A DNA stretch of 64,000 bases, taken from a virus (Duplodnaviria; Heunggongvirae; Uroviricota; Caudoviricetes). The DNA lies in the IMG/VR virus record IMGVR_UViG_3300021387_000529, positions 32,001 through 96,000 of that record, one strand, 5' to 3'. Each line of letters opens with the position of its first letter. Within the stretch, counting starts at the first letter, position 1. The notes under the pieces are model-generated. The model was not told where the DNA came from. It did not search any database and saw nothing but the letters and a program-made list of their open reading frames with translations. The position numbers and the translations under genes are program-made. Positions 1 to 10,195 of this stretch are shown here, piece after piece.

Positions 1-13
1 TAGAGAAAAACCA

Positions 14-3000
14 ATGAAAATGGCTTATAATTATGAGGGATATATCGCTGTTCTTAATGGTGATGCTTTGTTCATAAAGTCTCCAACAATGAAATGGAAA
101 AAAGATGAACACGGAAACTATGGCTACACAAATGAGTCAACAGACTTTTTCTGGAAAAGAGCTCGAATTCCTTCACAAAAAGACTTATCATATATGCTCT
201 TCAATAATATGTCAATCAAAGAGGCATACCAACTTGTTTGTGACCAAAAACAAATTTTTGAAGACTTCTTAGAAAAAACACAGAATAAAGATGAAACACA
301 AAAAACTTTATATGCATGGTTAAAAAGCAATAGTGTTATTACACCAGACCAAGCGCTATACAATATTGAAGAAAAATATGAGAATAAGCTTGTAATCAAT
401 GGAATTAAATTCTTAATGTCTGAAAAAGGACTTTATGCAAATATTGATATTAATGCAAAAGAAGAGTACGTAATTCCACAGAATATATCAATTCAAGGTG
501 GTGTAACAACACAAGCCTATATTCGTGAACAGACTTATTTCAATTATCTTAGAGACTATTATGAGATTATTCTTGGATGTAATAGACTTTCAGATATAAT
601 TGAGAATGGAGTTAAGTCTTTTGAATTAACACAGACAGATCTTGTGATTGTTACAAAGTCTAACGATGTATTATCACTTCCATTGCAGTACACATATTCA
701 AGAGATGATATTGAAAATTATAACAATTGGAATGTAAAGTCTCTTGCTCCTGAAATGGAGTTTCCATCATATAAAAAAGTTGACGATACAATTTTCTCAC
801 GTTATGGGTATTCAAAAGACAATGAAAATGTTGTGTCAGACTACTACAACCAAATGGCAAATGTAACTGACAAGATGTATGAGATTACAAGCGTATATGT
901 TGATAAAAACATCCAGATTTGTGGTGGATATTTTGCATATTCTCAGGAAGCATTGAACTTTTATTCTAAAATGCTTGACTCTGAAGAATATAGTATTTTT
1001 AATGAGCATGAGGCAACAACGTATAGACGTCCATTTATATCATATTCTACAGACTCTGGAAGAACATTTACAAGAATTGATATGCAGTCTTATGACCAAT
1101 TCGCATTTACAGCTGAAGACTCAGTTATTAGCTCAATTTATAGAATTGGAAATAAGATTAGGATGACTGTAACTGGAAGCTCTGGCAATGTTTATGCAAA
1201 TGATTTCGTTATTACTGTAAATGGTGATAATTATGAATTGACAAATACATTGAAATTTGAAAAATTTGCAACAAAGTCTAATGGTGGCAATGGAAATTAT
1301 GAAAATGCAAATGAATTAAGAATACCAAACTCATTTGTAAATTCTGGAAGTATTAACAATTCAACACAATTTGTAAATTGTTCAGATGTCTTCTTCTTAG
1401 CTGTTGCTCCAGCTTCAGCAATAGTCGGAAAAGTTATTTCAAAAGATGCATCTTCTATTGTTGTTAGTCCTAATGTAAAAGATAAAGTTGTTGCTTCAAC
1501 TGAGAATGAAGAAGTACGTGTGCTTATTGCAGTTTATACAGCAAAGTCTATTAAAGAGCCATGGTTATTACTTGACTTTAAAGAAGAATACTTTACAGAC
1601 CACAACTCATTAAAAGTTGATTTTATTAAACTTGAAGAGTCAAGCAATAACGCAAATCTTTTGTACTCAAAAAATGAAACATTACCACCAGGAGAGTATG
1701 ACACATTCTGTGTGTTGCCATTCTTGAATGATACAAATAAAACTATTTATAGCTACAATGAAGAAACTGGAAAACCTGAAACATTGGTAAACTCATCTGG
1801 TGATAGTATTTATTTGTTTGATAAAAATACATCAATGTTTATGCTTTGTAGAAATCCACTTAACATTGAACAAAATGCATTCTCGATGTATTCTATGATA
1901 AAAGATAAAATAACAAGTTTATCATTAGTTGAAGCTTATGCTTTGAATGAAGACTATACATTTGAAGGAAATGACTATAATATGAATGCATTCTTTAATA
2001 ATCATCAACCTTCATTAAAGAATGCTGTATTTACAGACAGCAATCCATCATTTAGAGCATTAGTCGTTGCTAAAAATGATGAGTTCTCTGCATTATTTAA
2101 TTCATTCAAAAAAGCAACAACAAACGTTGACGTTAATTTGATGTATAAATGGCCTTGGACTGATGAAGAATTTATAAACTTGACGCAGAATGGACTAGAC
2201 AAAGAAATAAATAATGGTGCTCCAGGCTTTTATTCAAAATTAAAAGAACTTTATAATGATGGAATTACAATCACAAAAGAATGGATTGAAAAAACATTCA
2301 AGCCAGTAGACGTTACTTTGTCAAACGGAAGCCATTTTAGAGCAATAAAAGAAATTGCGACAAATACTGTTTTGACAGAAGAACTTATTTCTGACATTAC
2401 TCTTTCTATGACATATGAAACATTCTATGACAGCTTGAAATATTATAATCAGAATTTCTCAATAGAAAATGACGACTATGTTGGCGCTCTTTGCGATTAT
2501 GAAGATAACTCAATCAGTTCAATTTATATAGGTGAGAAAGGCTATGGTTCAACAATAGATATTGAAAAATGGGATGAAATTCAGCCTCATGAGAATGACC
2601 CAGAGTCATTTAATAGTTTCTTGTTAAAAAATAAATTAAATAGATTTATCCATATTTGTGATAAATACGGAACTGATTTGACCCTTAAGAATGGCCGTTT
2701 TGAGATGTCAAATGAAATTGGAACAATCAATTATGATGATCTCTTCGTAGAAAAGAAAATTGTAAAAATTATTTCTCAAGACTTTAATGAAGTTCTCAGC
2801 TATAAGAACATTTACAAAGTTCAAGACTCAGATATAAATGTGTTCTCTCCACAGAAAATCGTATCATTGAAAGGAACAAAAGCAAAAAATATAATGTCTA
2901 TTTTTAGAGTTTACTATTCTGATGTTGATGTTTCATTAAATGGAAGAATTTCAGTTGAGCTCGAAACAAAATTATATTTTGACAAAAAACTTACAGAAAG

Positions 3001-4852
3001 AGCTAAGCTAAATGTTTTCTACGAAGATGGAATAATTTATTTTGAAAAGAATAATAAAGACATTTACACAAATGGAAATATCCTCAAATTTATTGTAAAA
3101 GACAATGTTAATGGAAAAACATGTATAAAAACATTTGAACTTACAAATAGCCCAATTGCAAAAGTAAGCTCATTAGACATTGGAGTTTTTGCTATTGATG
3201 AAAACTTACAAGAATATAAAATTTTGGCTGATGTTGACATCTCATCATGTGAAGCATATGACGCTAATATTATTATTTCAAATATTGAAAATAAGCTGAT
3301 TACATTAAATGTTGTTGGTAAAATTGAGAATAACACAATTAAAGTTTATGTCGATAAGAAAAATGGAAAGAACTCAGATTATGCAGACTCTTATGAGTTT
3401 GATTTGGATATTCATAACCTCAATCCTAAGTTGTATCTTTCGACAAATAAACTTTCAAAGACAAGAAATGAGACAATTGATGCAAAAGTTTTTTCAAATG
3501 AATTAGACATTTCAGATAAGTTTAATTTTACTGTTCTCACAACAGATAAAGAAAATGTTTACAAAATGGTTGCAAATTATAAAAATATAAAACTTGAAGA
3601 AGAATTTGAAACATTTGAAAGTTTAGCTTCAGAAAATATTCTCAAAGTTGATGATGACACATTTGTATTCACACAGCTTACTCCTTCAATAAATTACACT
3701 GTTTCTATTCCATGCGTTATTGATGGACTAAAAGGTAGATATATTTTAAGCCAACCAAAATATAAAAATTACAATGATGTTATAAAAACGCTTGAAAGAA
3801 AAGTTTTCTTTACTGATGAAAAACTTGCTTTTGATGTATCAACTGGAAATGAAGTCATATTGAAGAACATTGGAACAGATAAAGTGCAAATTGATACAGA
3901 CTTCTCATCAAAAGGACAATATTTCGTATTGAAGTCGCTTCCTGTAAACACATATTATCCAGACGTTGAAACATTAAATAATGAAGAATACTATGCTGAA
4001 GTTTCTTTAAGTGATATTGGACTTTATGGATATGACAGAGTTTGGATAAATGAAAATGTTTTCATGAAGCCTGCTTTCACATATAATGATAAGAATTATA
4101 ATGGAAGCAGCATGTCTCAATACAGTATTGACAAATGGGTAAATAAAGACGGATTTAAAGTATGGCTATGTGATGAGTTTGGAAGATTTGTAAAACCAAC
4201 CAGTATCAATGATAAAGTAACATATGAAATCATCGGAACTGAAAATGGTGATTGTTCTTCAGAAATTTATCAGTCACATGAAACAAGAATAAATCCTTGT
4301 GAGCTTTTATACAAAACATCTTATGACATGTATAAAAATAAATTTTATGAGAAAGGATTAAAAACAAATCCATTCTTGAAAAAGTTTAAGATTTTGTCAA
4401 AAAAAGTTGATGGAAATGTTACATATAATATTTATGGATTTACAGACATTATTAAAAGAAACAAAGTTTCAGAAAATATTTGTAATAACTGCTACATTCT
4501 CAAACTTGATGAGCTTGACTATGAAAGCTCAGACATTGTAATGCAAATTTTGCATAGTTTCAAAGATAACAGTGAAGATGAATTTGAATACTTCTATGGA
4601 ATAAAACACAACAACTGCTATTACATAAAAAATGAAAATGCAGTTGATGGCGCATCTGTTGACATTTATTCAAATTTTATCATAGACTCAACTGAAGATG
4701 TTGAAAATAAGGATAAGTCAACTGTTGAAGAAATTACTGAACTTGGAATTTTCTCAAAAGATAATGTTCTTCTTGCATATATGACACATCCAAAATGCCA
4801 GTATGACACTAAGAAAAACTACATTGCCTACAACCTTCTCATCGAAAACTAA
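14..4852 (+). CDS. Very large virion structural protein (baseplate wedge/tail-associated), 5' truncated
   Basis: Frame is open to the window edge. C-terminal ITELGIFSKDNVLLAY resembles phage baseplate/tail-collar domains. Lies upstream of tube-fold and gp25-like genes. Confidence 0.55.
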   Translation: MKMAYNYEGYIAVLNGDALFIKSPTMKWKKDEHGNYGYTNESTDFFWKRARIPSQKDLSYMLFNNMSIKEAYQLVCDQKQIFEDFLEKTQNKDETQKTLYAWLKSNSVITPDQALYNIEEKYENKLVINGIKFLMSEKGLYANIDINAKEEYVIPQNISIQGGVTTQAYIREQTYFNYLRDYYEIILGCNRLSDIIENGVKSFELTQTDLVIVTKSNDVLSLPLQYTYSRDDIENYNNWNVKSLAPEMEFPSYKKVDDTIFSRYGYSKDNENVVSDYYNQMANVTDKMYEITSVYVDKNIQICGGYFAYSQEALNFYSKMLDSEEYSIFNEHEATTYRRPFISYSTDSGRTFTRIDMQSYDQFAFTAEDSVISSIYRIGNKIRMTVTGSSGNVYANDFVITVNGDNYELTNTLKFEKFATKSNGGNGNYENANELRIPNSFVNSGSINNSTQFVNCSDVFFLAVAPASAIVGKVISKDASSIVVSPNVKDKVVASTENEEVRVLIAVYTAKSIKEPWLLLDFKEEYFTDHNSLKVDFIKLEESSNNANLLYSKNETLPPGEYDTFCVLPFLNDTNKTIYSYNEETGKPETLVNSSGDSIYLFDKNTSMFMLCRNPLNIEQNAFSMYSMIKDKITSLSLVEAYALNEDYTFEGNDYNMNAFFNNHQPSLKNAVFTDSNPSFRALVVAKNDEFSALFNSFKKATTNVDVNLMYKWPWTDEEFINLTQNGLDKEINNGAPGFYSKLKELYNDGITITKEWIEKTFKPVDVTLSNGSHFRAIKEIATNTVLTEELISDITLSMTYETFYDSLKYYNQNFSIENDDYVGALCDYEDNSISSIYIGEKGYGSTIDIEKWDEIQPHENDPESFNSFLLKNKLNRFIHICDKYGTDLTLKNGRFEMSNEIGTINYDDLFVEKKIVKIISQDFNEVLSYKNIYKVQDSDINVFSPQKIVSLKGTKAKNIMSIFRVYYSDVDVSLNGRISVELETKLYFDKKLTERAKLNVFYEDGIIYFEKNNKDIYTNGNILKFIVKDNVNGKTCIKTFELTNSPIAKVSSLDIGVFAIDENLQEYKILADVDISSCEAYDANIIISNIENKLITLNVVGKIENNTIKVYVDKKNGKNSDYADSYEFDLDIHNLNPKLYLSTNKLSKTRNETIDAKVFSNELDISDKFNFTVLTTDKENVYKMVANYKNIKLEEEFETFESLASENILKVDDDTFVFTQLTPSINYTVSIPCVIDGLKGRYILSQPKYKNYNDVIKTLERKVFFTDEKLAFDVSTGNEVILKNIGTDKVQIDTDFSSKGQYFVLKSLPVNTYYPDVETLNNEEYYAEVSLSDIGLYGYDRVWINENVFMKPAFTYNDKNYNGSSMSQYSIDKWVNKDGFKVWLCDEFGRFVKPTSINDKVTYEIIGTENGDCSSEIYQSHETRINPCELLYKTSYDMYKNKFYEKGLKTNPFLKKFKILSKKVDGNVTYNIYGFTDIIKRNKVSENICNNCYILKLDELDYESSDIVMQILHSFKDNSEDEFEYFYGIKHNNCYYIKNENAVDGASVDIYSNFIIDSTEDVENKDKSTVEEITELGIFSKDNVLLAYMTHPKCQYDTKKNYIAYNLLIEN

Positions 4853-4861
4853 TTAAATATA

Positions 4862-6418
4862 ATGCAAGTTGAATTAGATGAGAATGGAGAAAAATTTAAG
4901 AAGTCTCTTGATATTATGAAACAGTTTGTAAATCAAACTGATAAAAATATCGCTTTTGTGCCAGACCCAACAGGAGCTGCTCAAATTCTTGCTGGTGCAA
5001 AAGTGATAGCAGCTTCTAAACAAGCATCAGACTTAAAAAAGACTGTAAAAAATATTAAAGAATTATCTGACGAATATTCATCTACAAAAAAAGAATTAAA
5101 AGACTTGCTTGATGAAGACTATGACTTTTTCACATTAAAAGGCGATAATTCATCATATGCAGACGCTATGAAAAAGACATTTGAAGAAGGTCTTGTAAAA
5201 GTCAATGGAAATTGGATTTCTATGAAAAAATGGTGGACTGATGGATGGGATGACTACTTTGACAGTGTAAAAGATGGCGCATCAAAAATTTTGGATGAGT
5301 TAAATCCATTCAAGGACTTGTCTACTGCAGAGTGGACTCTTACTGTAAAAGCATATAAGAATATAATTGCAGAAAAATACAAGAAGTCTAATGATAAACT
5401 AAAGAAAATTAAAAAAACTTATTTTAAAGGTTTTTCTCTTGAAGAAGATTTCAACATTTCTGAAGCATTCGGCAATAAATATGCATCTAATTTCTTTTAT
5501 GTGTCTGATGCTGCAAAATATAAGCTATTGAGACAAAAAAACCTTGATAAGTTATTTTCGCATGTTAAAATAAAGAAGCCTTCTAAACTTACGCAGAAGA
5601 AAGCTCCTTCAGAAACACAAATAGACGAAACAATAAAAAATACAAATGCAGAAATAAAAAATAAAATTATCTATGAGTTTGAAACATACAAATACAACAG
5701 AAAAACTCGAACTCAAACAGGAACAGAATTTGAAAAAATTTTAGCATCAGGTGCAGATTTTATTCCAAACCATTATGATGCTGCTTTCTATTGGAATGAT
5801 TCTACAAATACTCTTAATGAGTTTGTAAGAATTAAAAATGTTAAAACTTCTCGAGATATTGCATTTTTAAGTCCTTCAGGATTTGCTGTTCGTATGACTG
5901 GAATTACAATACCACAATTGAAAAATAAAGCATTTGATGTAAATGGTGTTTCACATGGAATAAAAAAACTAAGTTCATCACATGAGATTACTAAGAAAAC
6001 ATCTTTTAATTTTAGACTTGATACTGATGTTGCGTGGCTTAAATTATTTGGACAGCTTATTGGAGAAAATAATTTCTATGAAGGAACAATCAATGATAAA
6101 GAAAAATTTGTGACTGTATTTGCGAATAGTTTTTCTTCTGGTAATATAAATGATAGACATTTATGTTTAGCAATTAAGCTTGGAAACTTACGTGAGTTTG
6201 AAAAATATTATAGGGTAATTGTATTTGAAGATGTTAAAATAACTGGAACAGACAACTTAAAATTCTCTTCAGAAGGTGGAATTGCTGAAATGGGAATTGA
6301 GTTTATCTATAGAAGCTCTAAAATCTATAGAGTTGGAAAAGAAGACCGTAGTCTTGGAATGTTAAAAGATGGCGGTTATTTAGATACACATAAGGCTTTG
6401 TATGAAATATGGACATGA
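4862..6418 (+). CDS. Tail tube-fold/baseplate protein (T4 gp19/gp48/gp54-like C-terminal domain)
   Basis: C-terminal pattern RMTGITIP...FNFRLD...IVFEDVKI...IEFIY. Paralogous to the next two ORFs (ILASGADF vs ILKAGADF). Confidence 0.55.
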   Translation: MQVELDENGEKFKKSLDIMKQFVNQTDKNIAFVPDPTGAAQILAGAKVIAASKQASDLKKTVKNIKELSDEYSSTKKELKDLLDEDYDFFTLKGDNSSYADAMKKTFEEGLVKVNGNWISMKKWWTDGWDDYFDSVKDGASKILDELNPFKDLSTAEWTLTVKAYKNIIAEKYKKSNDKLKKIKKTYFKGFSLEEDFNISEAFGNKYASNFFYVSDAAKYKLLRQKNLDKLFSHVKIKKPSKLTQKKAPSETQIDETIKNTNAEIKNKIIYEFETYKYNRKTRTQTGTEFEKILASGADFIPNHYDAAFYWNDSTNTLNEFVRIKNVKTSRDIAFLSPSGFAVRMTGITIPQLKNKAFDVNGVSHGIKKLSSSHEITKKTSFNFRLDTDVAWLKLFGQLIGENNFYEGTINDKEKFVTVFANSFSSGNINDRHLCLAIKLGNLREFEKYYRVIVFEDVKITGTDNLKFSSEGGIAEMGIEFIYRSSKIYRVGKEDRSLGMLKDGGYLDTHKALYEIWT

Positions 6419-7701
6419 AAAAAATTATTGAAAATATGGTTGTTGTAAAACCGTTAAAATCTCATTTCTCTATTGAAAAAGAATTAAAGTCTATGCAAGA
6501 CTCACTCGATAAAGCAGTTTTACTTCAAAAGATTTTGACTTCAAAAAATAATCCATCTTTTGAAATTAAAGCTTTAGAAAAACCGAAAAATGCAGATGCC
6601 TCAAAAATATTAAAAGACTTGAAAAGAAAGAATAGAATTGCTGGGCTAAACTCAGTTGGAAATTCACTTCAAAGAAATAATCTTATAAAAAAGATTGCTT
6701 ATGAAACGACATACTTGCCAGTTTCAGGCGCATTCGGTGCTTTATCAGATGATTTTGAAGAGCTTATCAACTCAACAACATATTTGCGAGTTTCAGGCGC
6801 ATTTGGAGCATTTGCTGATAATGTTGAAGACATGGTTAAATGGATTGAAGACGTTTTATCTGGAAGAAAAAATAATGTAATTAATAAATTAAGTAAAGTC
6901 TTATTTGGTGAAGATGTAGATGTAGGATTTGGAACACAGATAAATGATGGCAGTGGAATTTATAGTAAACACGTTTCTGTTGATGCTCCAATAAAAAATT
7001 CAAAAACTCCACAAATACAGTCTATTCTCAAAGCAGGTGCTGACTTTCTAAAAAACTTTTTTGAAGTTTCATTTGTATTTAGAGATAGAGATGCTCCAGA
7101 ACGTTTTGACACATTAATGCTTACACGTACTGGCTCAATTGAAATTCCACGTTTGAAAGCAAAAACATTTACAGTAAAAACGATAAATGGTTCTGTTGAA
7201 AAAATTGCTTCACAGCTTCAAGGAACATATGAAACAACGCTTGACTTACGTATAGACCAAGACTGTTATATTCTTGATAAGTTTAGTGAAATTGGCGGTA
7301 TATGGCAATTTAATGAGCCAAGAGTTTTTCCTGCATCTTCTATTTTTATGAATGACAGTATAAATATAAATAGAAGACATAGACTTGACATTGTTGTAAA
7401 AGAAATTTCTGGATTTGAGCATAGAAAAATTGGCCTTACTGGCGCAGATAAAAGTGAAGTAAACCAATTTAAAGGAGTATATGCACATAAATTAAAGAGT
7501 AAATATGACACAAATAAAGTGAATACTCCAAATGTTAGATTGAATGAAACAGAGGTTTCTGAATGGGTACTTGAAGACGTTCGAATAGTTGGAATTTCTG
7601 ATATAAATTATTCTTTTGACCAAACTTCGCCTCCAAATATCCAATTACAGCTTACTATGAAAAGCGTGTTCCATAGAACTGGAACTAATTATATGTTATG
7701 A
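6409..7701 (+). CDS. Tail tube-fold/baseplate protein
   Basis: RTGSIEIP...LDLRID...WVLEDVRI...YSFD pattern; paralogue of 4862-6418. Confidence 0.55.
   Translation: MDMKKIIENMVVVKPLKSHFSIEKELKSMQDSLDKAVLLQKILTSKNNPSFEIKALEKPKNADASKILKDLKRKNRIAGLNSVGNSLQRNNLIKKIAYETTYLPVSGAFGALSDDFEELINSTTYLRVSGAFGAFADNVEDMVKWIEDVLSGRKNNVINKLSKVLFGEDVDVGFGTQINDGSGIYSKHVSVDAPIKNSKTPQIQSILKAGADFLKNFFEVSFVFRDRDAPERFDTLMLTRTGSIEIPRLKAKTFTVKTINGSVEKIASQLQGTYETTLDLRIDQDCYILDKFSEIGGIWQFNEPRVFPASSIFMNDSININRRHRLDIVVKEISGFEHRKIGLTGADKSEVNQFKGVYAHKLKSKYDTNKVNTPNVRLNETEVSEWVLEDVRIVGISDINYSFDQTSPPNIQLQLTMKSVFHRTGTNYML
6706..6830 (+). repeat. Imperfect in-frame tandem duplication, 69-nt (23 aa) period
   Basis: TTYLPVSGAFGALSD / TTYLRVSGAFGAFAD; gtttcaggcgcatt occurs at 6721 and 6790. 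Confidence 0.8.
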
Positions 7702-8540
7702 TATTAGGCAATAAAGACATTAGTAAAGGCGGCTGGAATTTTCAACCTTTAGGAACACAAGCAGAAATAGACAGCTTTTTTAGAAGGTTTGAAAATGAGC
7801 AAGAAAATTACATTTTTGATATAGAGCCTCAATCACAAAATTTATTTTTTATTGCAAATTTTTCAGAAAGTATAAGCGAAAAAGACGATGACTCTATAAA
7901 AGAATTATATAATGCTCATATGAGATGTCGTTCAATTGAATTGCCTCGTTTGACATTTGACTATGAAACAGACGAGATGACAAAAATGCCTATTTTTAAA
8001 AGTGGAAAGTTTAGTTATGAAATCACTATAAATTGGATGGAAGACGTTTACCATTCTATATACCATTACCATGAAAATTGGATGGCTCGTTGGTATAATT
8101 ATCAATATAATGTTTTACGTTGTGGCCAATCTGGTAAATTCAGAAAATGCCAATTAGTTGCATATCATTATAAAAAGACTGAAGATGTATTTAATCCTGA
8201 TGTTGAAGCTGAGCCATTGTATATTATTAACATTTACGGTATGGTTCCACGTGAACTTCCATCAATCAAACATTCATATGATGAAGACCAGGGCGACCAA
8301 AATTTAACAATACAATATTATTGTTCTAAATTTGAGATTTTATTCAATAGTAAGTTTACATCAAAAGATGATAGTAATTTTGCAAAAGGAAGCGATGCTG
8401 ATACGAAGTCAACTCCTGGTGAGATTTGGGGCCCATCATTAAGCTCTAACCAAGTAAATGACTCTCAGACATATGAAAAACTTAGAATTTCTCGAGCTCT
8501 TACTCAGAGATATGGACCAACACAATTGGAGACTGTATAA
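7698..8540 (+). CDS. Tail tube / tube-initiator protein (T4 gp19/gp54-like)
   Basis: RCRSIELP...ITINWMED...IY.YHENW...YGMVP..L..I..SYD is typical of the T4 tube family. Confidence 0.65.
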   Translation: MILGNKDISKGGWNFQPLGTQAEIDSFFRRFENEQENYIFDIEPQSQNLFFIANFSESISEKDDDSIKELYNAHMRCRSIELPRLTFDYETDEMTKMPIFKSGKFSYEITINWMEDVYHSIYHYHENWMARWYNYQYNVLRCGQSGKFRKCQLVAYHYKKTEDVFNPDVEAEPLYIINIYGMVPRELPSIKHSYDEDQGDQNLTIQYYCSKFEILFNSKFTSKDDSNFAKGSDADTKSTPGEIWGPSLSSNQVNDSQTYEKLRISRALTQRYGPTQLETV

Positions 8541-8543
8541 AAT

Positions 8544-9002
8544 ATGATAAATACACTTTTAAAGAAGACTGAGAAACTCTTAGAAGAGCCACAAGGAATA
8601 ATTAATTTTATTGATATAGACTATAAATTGCTTGAAGACCCAGATGACCCATACACAACATCTACACGTAAGATGGTTGAAAGAAATTTTGAAGCAATTT
8701 TAAATCCATTTAGAATGTGGCTTCAATCTAAAAAGACAGATTATATTCGCCAAAAAGATTGGGGTGGGCTATTCCAATATCAATTGAATGATAGAGTTAG
8801 ACTTCATCCAAATAATGAAGAAACTGTACGTGAGTTGATAGTCTCACAAGCTGAAGAAAAGTTTCCAGAATTGAGTATTGTTGACTGCAAGGTTGAAGCT
8901 GACGTTCCAAACAGAAATTGGAAAGTTGACATAATAGTTCAAGATAAATACTCAAATGGTATTGGACAAATAAAAGAAAACATTTCTGCAGGAGATGAAT
9001 AA
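8544..9002 (+). CDS. Baseplate wedge protein, gp25-like
   Basis: Size and the pattern RQKDWGGLFQYQL...EEKFPEL.IVD.KV; baseplate context. Confidence 0.65.
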   Translation: MINTLLKKTEKLLEEPQGIINFIDIDYKLLEDPDDPYTTSTRKMVERNFEAILNPFRMWLQSKKTDYIRQKDWGGLFQYQLNDRVRLHPNNEETVRELIVSQAEEKFPELSIVDCKVEADVPNRNWKVDIIVQDKYSNGIGQIKENISAGDE

Positions 9003-9418
9003 TGAAATATGATGAATTGAAAAGAACTGAAACTGGATATTTAGCTTCTAACAGTAAAACTTTTCGTGAATACGGAAAAGTTTTAAAATATTTAAAAGAT
9101 AGATATGACTCATATTCTCAGAATTGTACTTCAGACGAAATACTTTTTTCAGACATTGCTCATGAATATATTGAAAAACAAAAACATGAAATGATGTTTG
9201 TCAGTGATAAAACTAACTACAAGTTACGCATTCGCTATGCATCACAATTTATAAATAAAGACTTTGTTTCAAGAAGCACTGTTGAAAAACTTCTTAAAAA
9301 TTATAATGGAAATTATGAATTTGATGAAATAAATGAGTTTTTAAAGTCTCATTATTTATATTCAAAAATTCGCCCAGAAATTATTGAAACAATTATAGCT
9401 GCTCAGCGTGGGCATTAA
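9002..9418 (+). CDS. Hypothetical protein
   Basis: 138-aa ORF translationally coupled to the gp25-like gene. Confidence 0.6.
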   Translation: MKYDELKRTETGYLASNSKTFREYGKVLKYLKDRYDSYSQNCTSDEILFSDIAHEYIEKQKHEMMFVSDKTNYKLRIRYASQFINKDFVSRSTVEKLLKNYNGNYEFDEINEFLKSHYLYSKIRPEIIETIIAAQRGH

Positions 9419-9534
9419 AATTATCTGCTGTTTTTATAAGCTCGTCTTTAATGTCCTCTATTCGCGCCTTTAATACTTTTTGTGAAGGGCAATTTTCTAA
9501 TAATGAATAAAAAATTTCTAAAAAAGTTATGAAA

Positions 9535-9996
9535 TTATTGTCTGGCATCTTGGACTTCCTCACTATGAGCATCCAAGAATTTTTGGTACTCTGATAATTC
9601 AGTGATAAATCTATTCAATTTTGAACAATTTATTCCATATTTAACATTCGTTCCACCTTCTTCATCATTTATGATTTCTTTAATCTCATCCCAAGATTTG
9701 TTTTTCAAAAACTTATAATAATAACTGATTGACAATTTAACAGTGTCTTTAAATTCTTCAATCGATGGGAACGAAATTGTTGTGCCATTCATAATGTCAA
9801 TAAGGTCTACAAATGCATCCAATCCAAAATAGTTGTATAGTTCAACAAGCTTGAGGCTATTTTTATTCTTCATCGAGTTTTTGAGCATCGCAAGCTTGAT
9901 AATATCTTTTATTACTTTGACGTTTGGCCTATCAGCTGTTGCTTCATTCATCTTCTTTCTAAAAAGAGACTTTTCTTCATCAAATAATTTTTCCAT
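9535..9996 (-). CDS. Putative Mor-like transcription regulator
   Basis: ELYNYFGLDAFVDLIDIMNGTTISFPS resembles the Mor family IG.E...L....GG..IYIP, followed by an HTH-like segment. Confidence 0.45.
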   Translation of the reverse strand: MEKLFDEEKSLFRKKMNEATADRPNVKVIKDIIKLAMLKNSMKNKNSLKLVELYNYFGLDAFVDLIDIMNGTTISFPSIEEFKDTVKLSISYYYKFLKNKSWDEIKEIINDEEGGTNVKYGINCSKLNRFITELSEYQKFLDAHSEEVQDARQ

Positions 9997-10025
9997 ATTA
10001 AAATAGTCACAAATCTTTAAAAGTA

Positions 10026-10100
10026 ACTTACCTGTTTAAATAATCTTTAAAAGGGTAAGCAAAAGTTCCCCTAATGATTTTAAATTATATAATAGTAATA
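10026..10100. repeat. 75-bp dispersed repeat, copy 1 (imperfect hairpin)
   Basis: First 33 and last 25 nt are identical to 44745-44819. Confidence 0.9.
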
Positions 10101-10131
10101 GATAAATTCTATAAAAAATTTATTAATCTTT

Positions 10132-10160
10132 TTGAATAAATACAGAATTTTTCATATATT
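10132..10160 (+). promoter_or_regulatory. Sigma70-like early promoter TTGAAT-N17-TATATT
   Basis: Member of a 10-copy motif TTGAAC-N15-CA-TATATT. Confidence 0.75.
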
Positions 10161-10195
10161 ATAAATGTAAATAACAATAATTCAGAGAGGAAATC

